Of a stretch of 64,000 bases of DNA, positions 47,566 to 58,564 are shown one piece after another (the stretch's first letter is position 1; each line of letters starts with the position of its first letter). This DNA is from an uncultured virus (IMG/VR IMGVR_UViG_3300035208_003016). Taxonomy: Duplodnaviria; Heunggongvirae; Uroviricota; Caudoviricetes. A model generated the notes under the pieces. The model had not been told where the DNA came from and did no database searches. It saw nothing but the letters and a program-made list of their open reading frames with translations. The stretch lies in the IMG/VR virus record IMGVR_UViG_3300035208_003016; one strand, given 5' to 3'. Position numbers and translations under genes: made by a program.

Positions 47566-48258
47566 CTGGTTTTGCTAATTCTAAATTGTTATCTAATATT
47601 TTAACTATATTTTTATAATCACTGATAGCGCTATCATAGCTAAAATAATGATTTTCTTGATTTATATTAAATCTATCAAATCTTTGATTAATAAATATAG
47701 AAAATAATAATGGTACATGATTTGCTGTTAAAGTATATTTAAAATTTAAAGATATATTATAATTTATTGCATTAATATATTCTAATTCTAAAAATTGAGA
47801 CCAAGGAATAATTTTATTAAAACATTCTTCTTTTGAACATTCAACTGGAATTTTACCATCAAGATAGAAATATCTCATATTATTTACACAATACTCGTTT
47901 TAAATGTATTAAAAAATCTTCTATATCAAAAAATGGTTCTAATACTTGAATTTGTATTCCTTTTAAACTTTTATATAATATAAACCTATTATTATTCCAA
48001 CTTAATCCCCAAATAGCATATTTATAACCATTACTATTTTTATGGTATGTTGGTCTTGATTTAAAAAGTTCACTAAGTTTACTTATTTGTTTTTTAAAAT
48101 CACAATTAGCTTTAAGATTATGTGTATGATACCATCCTAATATTTCAAAAAATATAGAATGCAAAAAAACTCGTTTATTAGATTTTTGCATTAAATTTTC
48201 TATTCGAATAGTATCATACTCAAGTTGTTTAGTTTCATTTTTTGATAAAATAATCATA

Positions 48259-48456
48259 TTATCCTACATAATTTGGAACATAATCTGGTTGTAAATGCAA
48301 GTATCGTTCAGACTTATCTTCGGTGTGTGTTACCATTCCAAGTTGAGCTTCTAACTGACTGATAGCATCACACTGATCTCCAATAAATCCATCACATTCA
48401 GTAGTCATCTTACCAGTTTTTTTATTAATTTTTACAATTACTTTTTGCTGATTCAT
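48259..48456 (-). CDS. DUF2997-family protein
   Basis: I.KKTG....E.DGF.G..C.....LE..LG; next to DUF1257 and a Ycf46-like ATPase. Confidence 0.7.
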   Translation of the reverse strand: MNQQKVIVKINKKTGKMTTECDGFIGDQCDAISQLEAQLGMVTHTEDKSERYLHLQPDYVPNYVG

Positions 48457-48466
48457 AATATTCTCC

Positions 48467-48877
48467 TTAACCTACGTAACGTGTTAGTTCAAAACATATT
48501 TCATTATTGTTTTCTGTTCTAGTTCCTTCTTCAAGACTAAAGGATAGAGCAGCTAGACGTTCGATTACTTCTGCCTCTTTAGCGTGACTTGTAACCTCTT
48601 GAGACATGATCTCTGTATTATAACTCTTACCATTCTTATGAAGGCCGTAAAAGTCTCCTATAGCTTTATACGTACCATCAGACTGTTGTTTAAAACCAAC
48701 ACAACTATTGTTATCTGTTATAAGAATATCAACTTCTTCATGTACGCTATAATTACCTTTGGTTCTAAGAGTTTTTCCTTCTTCAGCTTCTAAGTATGAA
48801 AAGCCAAGACTGGTAAGACTTTTTAAAAGATATTCTTTATTGTTAAGCTCAAGCTTCACTTCTGATTTATGTGACAT
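48467..48877 (-). CDS. DUF1257/Ycf35-family protein
   Basis: MSH.S.V...L...L..LG, VGF....DGTY..IGD.Y. Confidence 0.7.
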   Translation of the reverse strand: MSHKSEVKLELNNKEYLLKSLTSLGFSYLEAEEGKTLRTKGNYSVHEEVDILITDNNSCVGFKQQSDGTYKAIGDFYGLHKNGKSYNTEIMSQEVTSHAKEAEVIERLAALSFSLEEGTRTENNNEICFELTRYVG

Positions 48878-48904
48878 TTTTGTAACTCCTTGATTTAATT
48901 AGAT

Positions 48905-50650
48905 TTAAATAACTATATCATCTGTTCTAAGATTGACTTTAGTTTTCTTTTGTTTAGTTTCTTTTGGTTTAATAATTCCTGAAGATACGTTATTAGCATT
49001 ATCTTCTGACCATTTTCTCATTGATGAGATTTTTTCTTTACCAACTTTTGTAATAGGTTTAATTTTTCTTAGTGTTTCTAAGATATCATCAGTTGTGATG
49101 TCATCTTTACCACCTATTTCAATTTCCTTTCCTTTTCCAAGAGCAAATTTGTTTCTAAGAGCATCTTTGATACTACTTTCTATTTCTGCTCCAGTAATAA
49201 CAAATTTAGTTCCATCTAGATCTTCATATTCATAACTTGCTAGTTTATTTATGTCAAACTTTGATGGATCTCTTTCTCGTTTAGAGATATGAATTTTAAA
49301 GATTTCTTTACGTTCTTCACTATTTGGAACATCAGAAAACCAAATTTCATCAAATCGACCTTTACGTAAAAGTGCTGGATGATTTGCTCTTATTGTACTA
49401 ATATCATTAGCTGTAGCTATAAGTAACATTCCAGGATGTTCTTCATTAAGCCAATTTAAGAATGTTCCAATGACTCTATTGGTTGTTCCGCCGTCTGTTT
49501 TGTCTGAACTTCCTGCTCCAGATAGTGCTTTATCAATTTCATCTATAACGACAACTCCACCAACAGCATCTGCAAGTGTAAGACCTTGTCTTGCTCTTTT
49601 CTCGCTTTCACCCATCAAAGATCCAAATACTTTACCAATGTCAAATTTAATAAGACTTGTCTTGAGTTCATGAGCAATTGCTTTAGCAATTAAAGTTTTA
49701 CCACTACCTTCAACTCCAATAAGCATAATTGCTTTTGGTGGTTCAGTTTTAAATTTGATTGCATTATCAGCATTTTGTATAACTGTTTTTTGTGTAGATA
49801 TCCAGTTTTTAATATTATTAAATCCACCGACTTGATTTAAATCATCTGTACTATTCCAGAATTCTAGAATATCAGATTTATTAATAATTGATTTCTTTTC
49901 TTCTATTATACTAGCAACATCAATCTTTTTTAATGTTACCATGCTGTATTGTAAAGTATTAATAATCTGATCTTCAGTAAGACCACAACATGCACGAGCT
50001 ATATCATCTTCAACGTATTCTGGATTAATTTTATCAGAAGCATTATATTTTTTATTATGATCAGCTATTTGGTTATTTGTATCTTTAAGAAGTAGTAAAA
50101 TCTCATCATAAGTGGGATAATTAAGTTTAATAAATACAGTATCTTTCTCAATTTCAGTTGGAACTGTGATACCGTATCCAGTTATAACTATTGTTGAATT
50201 AGCTGTAGAAGCTAGATAGACAAGATCTTTTAGCTTTCTAAGAATAACTGGATCTTTAAAGAATTTATCAAGATCTCTTAATACGTAGATATTTCGTTTT
50301 TCATTATTTACATCAGTAACAGTTTTTCCACGACAATCTTCTTCTATAACTGCAAATGCATATGCTGGATTCTGTCGAGTATCAAACTTTCCACCACTTC
50401 CAAGACGTGCTTGTGCACTTGGAAATTTATGTGGAAAGAATCTGTTTACATTGATTTTATTTCGATCAATTTCATGCAATCCTTGACCAATTGACCAAAA
50501 GTTTACTACATCGTCTGGATATTTCTTTAATATCTCACGAATAACTCTTGTTTCTTCTGGAGTATCTATAAAGATTAATCCAGCACTACAATCGATACGA
50601 TCAAAAACAGGCTTAAATGTTTCAATTACAGTAAGTTTCTTTTTGCTCAT
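48905..50650 (-). CDS. Ycf46-like AAA+ ATPase
   Basis: EETRV, VGG...IK.W, GVEGSGKT, GSLMGESE, IDEIDK, ATAN, LLRKGRFDEIWF, TGAEIE. Confidence 0.85.
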   Translation of the reverse strand: MSKKKLTVIETFKPVFDRIDCSAGLIFIDTPEETRVIREILKKYPDDVVNFWSIGQGLHEIDRNKINVNRFFPHKFPSAQARLGSGGKFDTRQNPAYAFAVIEEDCRGKTVTDVNNEKRNIYVLRDLDKFFKDPVILRKLKDLVYLASTANSTIVITGYGITVPTEIEKDTVFIKLNYPTYDEILLLLKDTNNQIADHNKKYNASDKINPEYVEDDIARACCGLTEDQIINTLQYSMVTLKKIDVASIIEEKKSIINKSDILEFWNSTDDLNQVGGFNNIKNWISTQKTVIQNADNAIKFKTEPPKAIMLIGVEGSGKTLIAKAIAHELKTSLIKFDIGKVFGSLMGESEKRARQGLTLADAVGGVVVIDEIDKALSGAGSSDKTDGGTTNRVIGTFLNWLNEEHPGMLLIATANDISTIRANHPALLRKGRFDEIWFSDVPNSEERKEIFKIHISKRERDPSKFDINKLASYEYEDLDGTKFVITGAEIESSIKDALRNKFALGKGKEIEIGGKDDITTDDILETLRKIKPITKVGKEKISSMRKWSEDNANNVSSGIIKPKETKQKKTKVNLRTDDIVI

Positions 50651-50691
50651 TATTACCTTCTTGTTTATATGAAAATATTATGTTAATCAAG

Positions 50692-51549
50692 TTAGATGAT
50701 GCCATAAATTTCAAGGTTAGGATTTAGTGGTAGGAATAAATTCTGGTAAGTCGCAGATTTTATCGGGACATAGCCCGCTTCTTCCGCGTATTCACTTTCA
50801 CACACTGGACTTGGATTTATTGCATATAATACTTTTTTAAATTTTCTTGATTTAATATCAAAATAACCATTTGCGTGTAAAAACATTTTATGAAAATGAC
50901 CAAAAATAAATATATCTACTCCTGGAAATGAACTTTGTTTCTTTCTAAAAGCTCTTAGTATAGCTTCAGGAGATCCAGCATCTGTTTTTGATGGTCTATG
51001 AGCGACGTATATTTTAAAAGTACGTTCCATATCTAGACGTTTATTATATATTGTAAGATCTACTATTGCTTGGATTCCTAGATATAATGTCTTTGATTGT
51101 TCACACATTTCTTTTGTAAGCCATTGTGCTGCTACTTTTCGTGTGCGATATTCATGATTACCATCTACGCTAACAGAAAGAACATTATTATAAATATTGT
51201 CTTTCTTTTTATTTATTGTTTTAAGATTATTTAACTTGGATTCACCATATAATGTTTTATTTGTATTTGTTAAAACATCGATCATATGAGTTTTTTGAAC
51301 TGATGGATCGGCTAGTTCAGCGTCATAATTATGACCTACTGATGTTTTAAGCTGATTTTCTATCAGATCACCAGTAAATATTCGAAAAATATTTCCATTA
51401 TGTTGTGTTGCTATTGTATTTAATTCTGTTTCAAGATAATCTTTAGAAACTCCATTAACTCCGTAATGAAAGTCTCCTGCTATGTTTAAAATCAGTTCTG
51501 ATCCCTCTATCTGATTTCGTATCTTGAACACTGGTACTGTGTCTGACAT
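50692..51549 (-). CDS. calcineurin-like metallophosphoesterase
   Basis: GDFHYG, TGDLIE, GNHE, AH, GHFH. Confidence 0.8.
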   Translation of the reverse strand: MSDTVPVFKIRNQIEGSELILNIAGDFHYGVNGVSKDYLETELNTIATQHNGNIFRIFTGDLIENQLKTSVGHNYDAELADPSVQKTHMIDVLTNTNKTLYGESKLNNLKTINKKKDNIYNNVLSVSVDGNHEYRTRKVAAQWLTKEMCEQSKTLYLGIQAIVDLTIYNKRLDMERTFKIYVAHRPSKTDAGSPEAILRAFRKKQSSFPGVDIFIFGHFHKMFLHANGYFDIKSRKFKKVLYAINPSPVCESEYAEEAGYVPIKSATYQNLFLPLNPNLEIYGII

Positions 51550-52288
51550 CTGTATCTCCTAACCATTGTGAATATATACACTTTGGTGTTAAGTTTGAAT
51601 CCATAAAGTTAACTATATCTGTTGTATTAAATGAAGGAATTTCATGTCCTTCTTTTTCATATGGACATTTTCTTACTGTTCCATCGTAATTTATATCTAT
51701 ATAATTATGTTCATATGGACAGTGTCCATTTAAAAGCCAACTAGATAAACAAGTATCTAAATTTTGTGAAAGATCAAAACGATTATAAAAAAGTTTAAGA
51801 AAAGTATATAATCCTGCTTTACCAATTTGTTCTAGATATTTAAGTTCAATGATAAAACAAAGTTTTCCAGTAAGTATGTTCATTAAACCTTCAGCGAATT
51901 TTAATGTATAATTATCTTTAATTAAAAATAACTTCTGATGATCTGGATATTCTGAACATATTTTATGAATATTATAATCATATACTGAAATCTGAATTTT
52001 ATTTGTGCAATCTTTTATCAATGATTCTGGAAAATCTTTAATAATTTCTGAAGAAATTGTTATATTATAATTTTTTAAAGCTTGAATACCGCGTATTTCA
52101 TTTCTATAACATATAGATTCATATACTTTAAAAGTATATATTAAGTTACTAATTTTTTCTTGACTTATACAATTATAATTAGCTGAAGGTTTTCGATTTA
52201 ATAAGTAACATATATTTTTATTAGTACATTCGTTTTGACATCTATGTAAATGAAATGAAACTATTTTATTTGAACAATCCTGTTCCAT
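51455..52288 (-). CDS. divergent radical SAM-like Fe-S protein
   Basis: CQNECTNKNICY near the N-terminus; C-terminal C...IDINYDGTVRKCPY (twitch-like). Confidence 0.4.
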   Translation of the reverse strand: MEQDCSNKIVSFHLHRCQNECTNKNICYLLNRKPSANYNCISQEKISNLIYTFKVYESICYRNEIRGIQALKNYNITISSEIIKDFPESLIKDCTNKIQISVYDYNIHKICSEYPDHQKLFLIKDNYTLKFAEGLMNILTGKLCFIIELKYLEQIGKAGLYTFLKLFYNRFDLSQNLDTCLSSWLLNGHCPYEHNYIDINYDGTVRKCPYEKEGHEIPSFNTTDIVNFMDSNLTPKCIYSQWLGDTDVRHSTSVQDTKSDRGIRTDFKHSRRLSLRS

Positions 52289-52729
52289 CTATATCTCCGA
52301 TATGAGGTGATGTTTTAAGATCTTTATCAAATGTACCATCTCTCATCTTTTTGGCTGCTTCAATGAAACTATTCCCATATATTTCTAGAGATTCAGCAAT
52401 ATGCTCATTACGTTCACTTTCGATAGGTTCTTCAACTACATGTACTATTTTCCAATCTTTATCCTTTTTAATACTTCTTACAAGCCATCCAAGAACAAAA
52501 CCATCTGATGTCCTTGGATCTGCTGTAAGAGCAAGACCAAGATTGTAAATTTCATCGCACAGTTCTTTCTTTTCTTCAAAAAGCTTAGTAGAAGTATCAA
52601 ACAAGTCTTTTAGATCAATTTGTTCTCCATTGTGATTAATTGAAACTTTATGAAGTTTTCCATCGATCCAATACCATTTGATTTCTTTAGTGTCCTTACT
52701 CTTAAACATTCTTGGCCTTTCGTTATATT

Positions 52730-53119
52730 TTAAAACGGCAATCGATCTTCTTGATTTGTAGTTTCAGTTACTTGAACTGGAGTAATTTCCAATACTCGTA
52801 TTTCTCTTGGATATACTTTTTTACCAGTTTTAGGATCATCGTATGCTGTTCCAACAGTTTCAGTACCTTTGCAATCAATGATATTTCCAAGTTGAAGGAT
52901 ATTTTTAATATCATTAACTTTTTCTTGATCTGCTGTCCAAAAATTACATTTTTCAAAAACAAATGGACTATTACTTACTCTATCATTTACTCGTGTTTTA
53001 ATCTGAAAATTAATAATCCATCCAGGTTTTTCACCTTTAGTTTGATTAATTCGAGTTGTTTCATTACTGTCTTTTTTAACTGGACATATTTCAGCATGTG
53101 TAAGTTCTACTTTTTTCAT
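52730..53119 (-). CDS. ssb: single-stranded DNA-binding protein-like
   Basis: OB-fold-like pattern (FEKCNFW, G.II..KG) and acidic C-terminal tail EDRLPF. Confidence 0.55.
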   Translation of the reverse strand: MKKVELTHAEICPVKKDSNETTRINQTKGEKPGWIINFQIKTRVNDRVSNSPFVFEKCNFWTADQEKVNDIKNILQLGNIIDCKGTETVGTAYDDPKTGKKVYPREIRVLEITPVQVTETTNQEDRLPF

Positions 53120-53140
53120 CTATTTCTCCTTATAAGATTA

Positions 53141-53220
53141 ATATGGTTCTCAACTACGTGTTTATCTGGCCGTGAGTTCACCCATAGAACCATATGGTAA
53201 CGCTTCTATCTCGCACGTAA
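53141..53220 (-). promoter_or_regulatory. candidate pseudoknotted RNA in the ssb 5' leader
   Basis: Crossing helices ATATGGTTCT/AGAACCATAT (10 bp) and TACGTG/CACGTA in a GC-enriched intergenic segment just upstream of the SD. Confidence 0.45.
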
Positions 53221-53341
53221 TATGAATATTAATCTTAATTTTTAGTTTCTATCTCGTGTAAGATTACCAAGCTTTGTAGCAATACTTCGGCTTGTATACG
53301 AGAGTAATCTAGATGTAGCGAATCGGCTACAATTAATATGA

Positions 53342-55447
53342 TCAGCAATCTGTCTTGCTGTCCAACCTTTTTGTCTTCCTGATAGAATCATTTGATTGAT
53401 TCTTTTTGGAAACTTTGACTTTGACATTACTTTTCTCCTTTGAGAGTGTTTGAAAAACTTGTCTTGGTATTTCTGAAGATAATTTAGATATAACATCATG
53501 ACCATTTTTAGAATCAGATGTTATTTGAGCTTTTAAAGATTTTGTATCAATCTTAATATTATACATATTAAGATAATAATCTAAGTTTTTATCATAAATA
53601 TTTGAAATATCATTTTCATTTAATTTATTAAACACAATGATTTCGTCACTTATATTTACAACATCTTCTCCGATTAATTCTTTTAACTTATCTTTAGAAA
53701 GTTCATTACTATCTTTTTTATCTTCGTTTATACTAAAACCCATTGTTTTTGTTTGTTTATTATATAGACTTTCTAGGTCTTTTTCTTCTAATGTTACTGA
53801 AAAAATTATTATTGTATTATTTAACTTAGCTTCACGTTCAGCACTATCTGTCATTTTACCAGTTCTACAACAATCAACTATGTAACTTTTTATAGTATCA
53901 TGTGCATGATTTATTCCTCTGAAATAAACGACACTTAAAGGATTTGTTCTTACTGCTTTTATAAGTCCTCCAGATTTGGCATAACCTACATATCCAGGAG
54001 GTGCACCTTTAAGTTCTGTAAGTGAAAATTCTTGTTTAAATCCACTCATATCATAATCAATAAAATAATTTTTAGATCCAAATAGATATTGTGAAAGTAA
54101 TTGTGCTGAAGTTTTTTTACCACAACCACTTGGACCGATATATAAAAGTATTGATATTGGACGTTCACGATCATATTTAACATTTTTAAATATATTAACA
54201 ATATTTGATAATTTATCTATTTGTTCATTCTGTCCAAATATATTAGATTTGAGTTCAGTAGAAATAAAATTATAGTCTAGACTATTTTCAATTTGATCAT
54301 AATCAACACCTGTTACTGAAGATATTGCTAAGTTAATATATTTATCTGTTAAAACTCGTTTACCTGCTATTGTAACTATACTTTCAAGTTCTTTTCTATT
54401 TTTATCTAAACTTAACAATTTATTATCTGATTGTAATATATTAACATCAGTTTGTTTAATTTCACGTTCATACATGATTGAACAAGCGATGTCTAGAATA
54501 TCTAATGATTTATCTGGATTCTTTCTTGTTCCTAAAAATCTACTTCCAGTTTCTACAAGTTTCTTACATATTTCATTTGGGATTATACATTTATGATGAT
54601 CTTCATATACACTTTTTGTACCGATTATCATCTTAATTGTTTCTTCAATATTTGGCTCATTAACTGGAATTACTGTAAATCTACGTTCTAGAGCACTATC
54701 CTCTGTTATAATAGAATGATATTCATTTATTGTTGTACTTCCTATAAAACGTATCTTTTCAGTAAGATAAGGTTTAAGAATGTCATTCATCTTATGACCA
54801 AGAAGTTGATGTACTTCATCTATAAATAGAATTACTTTATCATATTCAGAAGCTTTTTCAAGTATGTTTATAATAACTGTTATTGGATCGTCTTTATGTT
54901 TTGATAAGATATAAGGAACGTCCATATTGAGAATATAACAACCTTTAAGTTGTCTAGGAACTGTACGTTCAATAAGTCTAGCATTTACGGCGTTGACAAG
55001 TGCAGTTTTTCCCACGCCTGCTGGTCCGATAAGTATACAACCTCGTTTATTCTTTTTACTTAAAGTTAAAAGAATGCTTTCTATTTCTTTATCTCGACCT
55101 GTAATAATATTACCTTGTTGATATTTCATTATCTTACAAGGAGAAAGTTCTTTAAAATTTAAACTAAGTGGTGAATATGATAATGAATCAGTTTCTATAA
55201 TTTTTATAGATGTAGCTATAAGATTTTTAATGTCATTTATAGATGTATAAATACCATCAGGGAGTTGAGAAGACAGATTATCTATAAATATATTTTCAGT
55301 TATTTTATCTTTTATGTCATAACTTTTGACGATATTTAAAGCTTGAGATGTAAAAATATCTGTAATATTTTTAGAAACAAATAACTTAAATAAGTTTTCA
55401 ACTGATGGAGATAATTTAATCATATAAGTCCCTGTGTAAGATACCAT
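53342..55447 (-). CDS. ClpA/ClpC-like two-domain AAA+ unfoldase
   Basis: GRDKEI, GPAGVGKT, LFIDEVH, IGSTT..EY, D.ALERRF, PDKSLDILD, IFGQ, GPSGCGK, GAPPGYVGY; second Walker B degenerate. Confidence 0.88.
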   Translation of the reverse strand: MVSYTGTYMIKLSPSVENLFKLFVSKNITDIFTSQALNIVKSYDIKDKITENIFIDNLSSQLPDGIYTSINDIKNLIATSIKIIETDSLSYSPLSLNFKELSPCKIMKYQQGNIITGRDKEIESILLTLSKKNKRGCILIGPAGVGKTALVNAVNARLIERTVPRQLKGCYILNMDVPYILSKHKDDPITVIINILEKASEYDKVILFIDEVHQLLGHKMNDILKPYLTEKIRFIGSTTINEYHSIITEDSALERRFTVIPVNEPNIEETIKMIIGTKSVYEDHHKCIIPNEICKKLVETGSRFLGTRKNPDKSLDILDIACSIMYEREIKQTDVNILQSDNKLLSLDKNRKELESIVTIAGKRVLTDKYINLAISSVTGVDYDQIENSLDYNFISTELKSNIFGQNEQIDKLSNIVNIFKNVKYDRERPISILLYIGPSGCGKKTSAQLLSQYLFGSKNYFIDYDMSGFKQEFSLTELKGAPPGYVGYAKSGGLIKAVRTNPLSVVYFRGINHAHDTIKSYIVDCCRTGKMTDSAEREAKLNNTIIIFSVTLEEKDLESLYNKQTKTMGFSINEDKKDSNELSKDKLKELIGEDVVNISDEIIVFNKLNENDISNIYDKNLDYYLNMYNIKIDTKSLKAQITSDSKNGHDVISKLSSEIPRQVFQTLSKEKSNVKVKVSKKNQSNDSIRKTKRLDSKTDC

Positions 55448-55775
55448 TCAATAAATTGAGAATCGTTTATTCTTAGATCACTTTGGTAATCTACATAATT
55501 AATTATTCTTTTTTCAAGTGTTGGATAATTTTTAATATTTTTAGATGTTACTAAAATAGGCTTACACATAAAATTAAGTAATCCCATTTCTATAACTGTA
55601 ACTTCATTTATACTATTAATAACCGCCAATTTAATATTAGGAATCATTATAATATTTAATGAATCATTAAGTGTCCAAGTAGATAAATCTAATCCTAAAA
55701 GAATATCTAGATGTAATCTATCTTTTATTTTTGCTTTAATAACATCACAACAACTATCTGTATAAATCAGATTAT

Positions 55776-56327
55776 TTAACATAAAATCTCTTTTTTGTTA
55801 TAAGTTATTATCTTTGCTATAGGAAATAATTCTTTTTGACGATTAAATTTAATTTTAGCAGATTTAAACTCGTTTCCATTAAGATCTAAAATACTTTTTA
55901 ATGAAATAGGATTATTAATTATGTTAAATATTTCAGAAATTGAGGAATTATATTCCAATCCTGTAATTATATTTAAAATATTAATGTCTGTATTTAATAC
56001 TTTAATAAGCCATTCGTTATACTGTTTAGCTCCTTCACTAAGCCATATAGATGCTGTAAGATTTCTTGTGAAGTACTTATTATAATAAGAATTTTTAGAT
56101 AATAAAGTCTTTGTAGGAGATATAAGATAATATCCTAATTTACCTGTGTTTTCTAAAATACCAGAACGTTCAAATGATTTAAGAACGTTTCGTATAGTAA
56201 TATGTGATATTTCTAGATGTTCTGATAAAGTTTGTACTGATGGAATTTTTTGATTAATGATCCAAGTACCTCTAGAGATCATTTTTTTAACGTAAATACT
56301 ACATCGTTTGCTCGCTCTGTACTTCAT
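55776..56327 (-). CDS. GntR-type winged-HTH protein
   Basis: I.RG.W...KIPS...LSEHLEISH.TIR.VL...E.SG.L....LGYY. Confidence 0.65.
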   Translation of the reverse strand: MKYRASKRCSIYVKKMISRGTWIINQKIPSVQTLSEHLEISHITIRNVLKSFERSGILENTGKLGYYLISPTKTLLSKNSYYNKYFTRNLTASIWLSEGAKQYNEWLIKVLNTDINILNIITGLEYNSSISEIFNIINNPISLKSILDLNGNEFKSAKIKFNRQKELFPIAKIITYNKKEILC

Positions 56328-56640
56328 TTGGATACTCCAATTGTATGTAAAGTTCTATATAATGTTTAATTTTTTTCAGATCTTCAATACCATTTTTATC
56401 CATATATCTACATATATATTTAATTACATTACCTTGAAAGAAATTAAGCTTATTTTTAATTATAAATTCAACTGGTTGTATTACAAAATTTTTATAATGA
56501 TTTCCACCAATTTGAGTGCTAAGAGGATTATTATCACGACTAAAAATAGCTTTAGGTTTATCTTTAAAAGTATTTACTTTGTGAGTTCCAGGAGGATCTG
56601 GAACGTATTTAGTTTCAACAAATTTATCTTGAGTTTCCAT
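56299..56640 (-). CDS. DUF3310-family (T7 gp1.7-like) protein
   Basis: QIGGNHYK...IQPVEFI...F.QGNVIKY.CRY..KNGIEDLKK..HY. Confidence 0.8.
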   Translation of the reverse strand: METQDKFVETKYVPDPPGTHKVNTFKDKPKAIFSRDNNPLSTQIGGNHYKNFVIQPVEFIIKNKLNFFQGNVIKYICRYMDKNGIEDLKKIKHYIELYIQLEYPNEVQSEQTM

Positions 56641-57173
56641 TAGAAGTACCTATTTCTAGTATCAAAAGTAACTGTTACGCATTGTTTATATTTATTTTTT
56701 TGAATATTTTTATTTTTGATGAATATATTAAAATATCTTAAATGTTGTTCAACTTTTCTTATACATATACATAATGACTCTTTTGTAAATAATATATGAT
56801 TAATGTTTTGAAGATTTAAATTTAAATTAATATTACCTAAACAATATGTATGTCCTCTATAATTTAAATTAGTAGTAAAAATAGTAGCATTATCTTCAAT
56901 TATTATATATATATTTGTATTATGTTTTTGACAGATTGGAGTAAATATTTCTATAAGTTGTTTTTCAAGTTGTTCATTTTGAAAAGTAATATCATTTTCA
57001 ATTTCTTTTTTCTTTTTACAATACGATGTTCTCTTCTTGAATAGTTCTATTAAGTTTTCTATCGGTGAGTTCAGATCTTTTCTCAAGTTCATTAGATTTC
57101 TCCTTAAAGATATTATTCCAGTGTTCTTCAGTTACAAACATTCCTATTGGAAAATTTCCACGAGATTTACTAC

Positions 57174-57425
57174 TCATTGCACATCTCCATTAACTCTACA
57201 TTGTTCTTCTTCATAGGGTGCAAGAAATCTACGACGAATTTCAGCTCCACATTCTGTAAGTTCTGCAATAAAATTTCGATAATTTTGATAAGATGGAGAA
57301 ATAGTATCCTTACAAAACTTAAAAAGAAGATAATTAAGTCTGCCATCTGGTTGTACTACTTCTTTCATACTTTCAACTATTTTATCAATATGTATTCTAT
57401 CAATGTCTGATTTTATATATGGCAT
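57174..57425 (-). CDS. conserved phage protein (MPYI...G.LNY...YE...NGDV family)
   Basis: MPYIK, DGRLNY, E.RRR..APYE....NGDV. Confidence 0.6.
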   Translation of the reverse strand: MPYIKSDIDRIHIDKIVESMKEVVQPDGRLNYLLFKFCKDTISPSYQNYRNFIAELTECGAEIRRRFLAPYEEEQCRVNGDVQ

Positions 57426-57588
57426 TATTTATTCCTTTTATGACTGATATGATATTTCTTACAATATGGACATTTATAAGTATATAAATTTTTATAATGT
57501 TTAAGTCTTTTAATAGTTCTTAAAGCTACTTGTTCAGTTTTATATTGTTTTTTACTTGAACACATTAAAAATTCTGTATAATTCATAA

Positions 57589-58056
57589 TTAATAAGAAGA
57601 GTTAAAAGCTTTATAAAATGTATTAATAATTTTCTTTTCTAAGAGTTCTTCAACAGATGTAAAATAACAATTTACCATTGTAGATAAGAATGGATGTTGT
57701 TTATGCATATCATCAGTTGTAATCATAAGTATTGGTAATTTCGCTTCATATGCAAATGCAATCTCTAGAATGGTCCCTACGTTGACCCTGTCAGAACCAA
57801 AGTTATCCATATTAACGATAAAAAGATTACTTATTCTTATAGCATTATAATCTTTTATAAATATAGCTGATGGTGGTATATTTGAAGTTAATCCAGAGAT
57901 GTTATCTTCTCCATTAAGCGGATTAAGAAAACATACATCTCCATAATTTTTACCACTATTTTTCCAATTACTATAATGATCAATTATTTGAGATCTCCAT
58001 GCACGACAAAGATCTATTTCTTTTTCCGAGATAATTCCAGCAAGATAAATTTTCAT
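57589..58056 (-). CDS. nucleoside 2-deoxyribosyltransferase-like protein
   Basis: KIYLAG, WR, LNP, D...I, GT..EIAFA. Confidence 0.8.
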   Translation of the reverse strand: MKIYLAGIISEKEIDLCRAWRSQIIDHYSNWKNSGKNYGDVCFLNPLNGEDNISGLTSNIPPSAIFIKDYNAIRISNLFIVNMDNFGSDRVNVGTILEIAFAYEAKLPILMITTDDMHKQHPFLSTMVNCYFTSVEELLEKKIINTFYKAFNSSY

Positions 58057-58297
58057 AAGTTAGTTTCTATATGTTCATGACATTGTTTACTTGCATTAAG
58101 TAATGACCATTTTAGAAGGTATTCTACAGTTATTTTACTTAGATCTAAGTTACCATCTTCTTTTTTTGCAATGTCTATTGGTGTTTTACTAGATCTAGAA
58201 GCATTTTGTAAATCTTCTATAAGTTCAACTAGATTATCAAACATACGCTTATGAAGATCTAGATGACTCTCTTTCCAAAGACCTTGTATAATTGACA

Positions 58298-58564
58298 TTA
58301 TAACTCCAAATCTTTGTAACTAATTATTTTAACATCTCTTGCTTTAGCAACATTTATTTTAGTCATTCCAGGATCATTTCCAACTATAAGATAATCTGTA
58401 TAACTTCTAACTGTAGAATTATTTTTTACATAATATGTTTTATTTAAATATATTTCAAATTCTATTCTTGTATATCCTGGAATAGTTCCTGTTACACAAA
58501 TATTTTTATATTTAAGATCTATTTTTTGTTTTGGTTCTTGATCTCTACGTAAGTTTATACCCAT
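58298..58564 (-). CDS. stand-alone BRCT domain protein (DNA ligase C-terminal type)
   Basis: ICVTGTIPGYTR...VRSYTDYLIVG..PG.TK...A....V.II. Confidence 0.75.
   Translation of the reverse strand: MGINLRRDQEPKQKIDLKYKNICVTGTIPGYTRIEFEIYLNKTYYVKNNSTVRSYTDYLIVGNDPGMTKINVAKARDVKIISYKDLEL

Noticed and set aside
29009..52709. C-terminal DLF/DFF/GLF endings (PolB, 44767, 45790, 52266) as sliding-clamp-binding motifs
   Set aside because: They lack the conserved Gln, no clamp gene is visible, and the matches are too short to support
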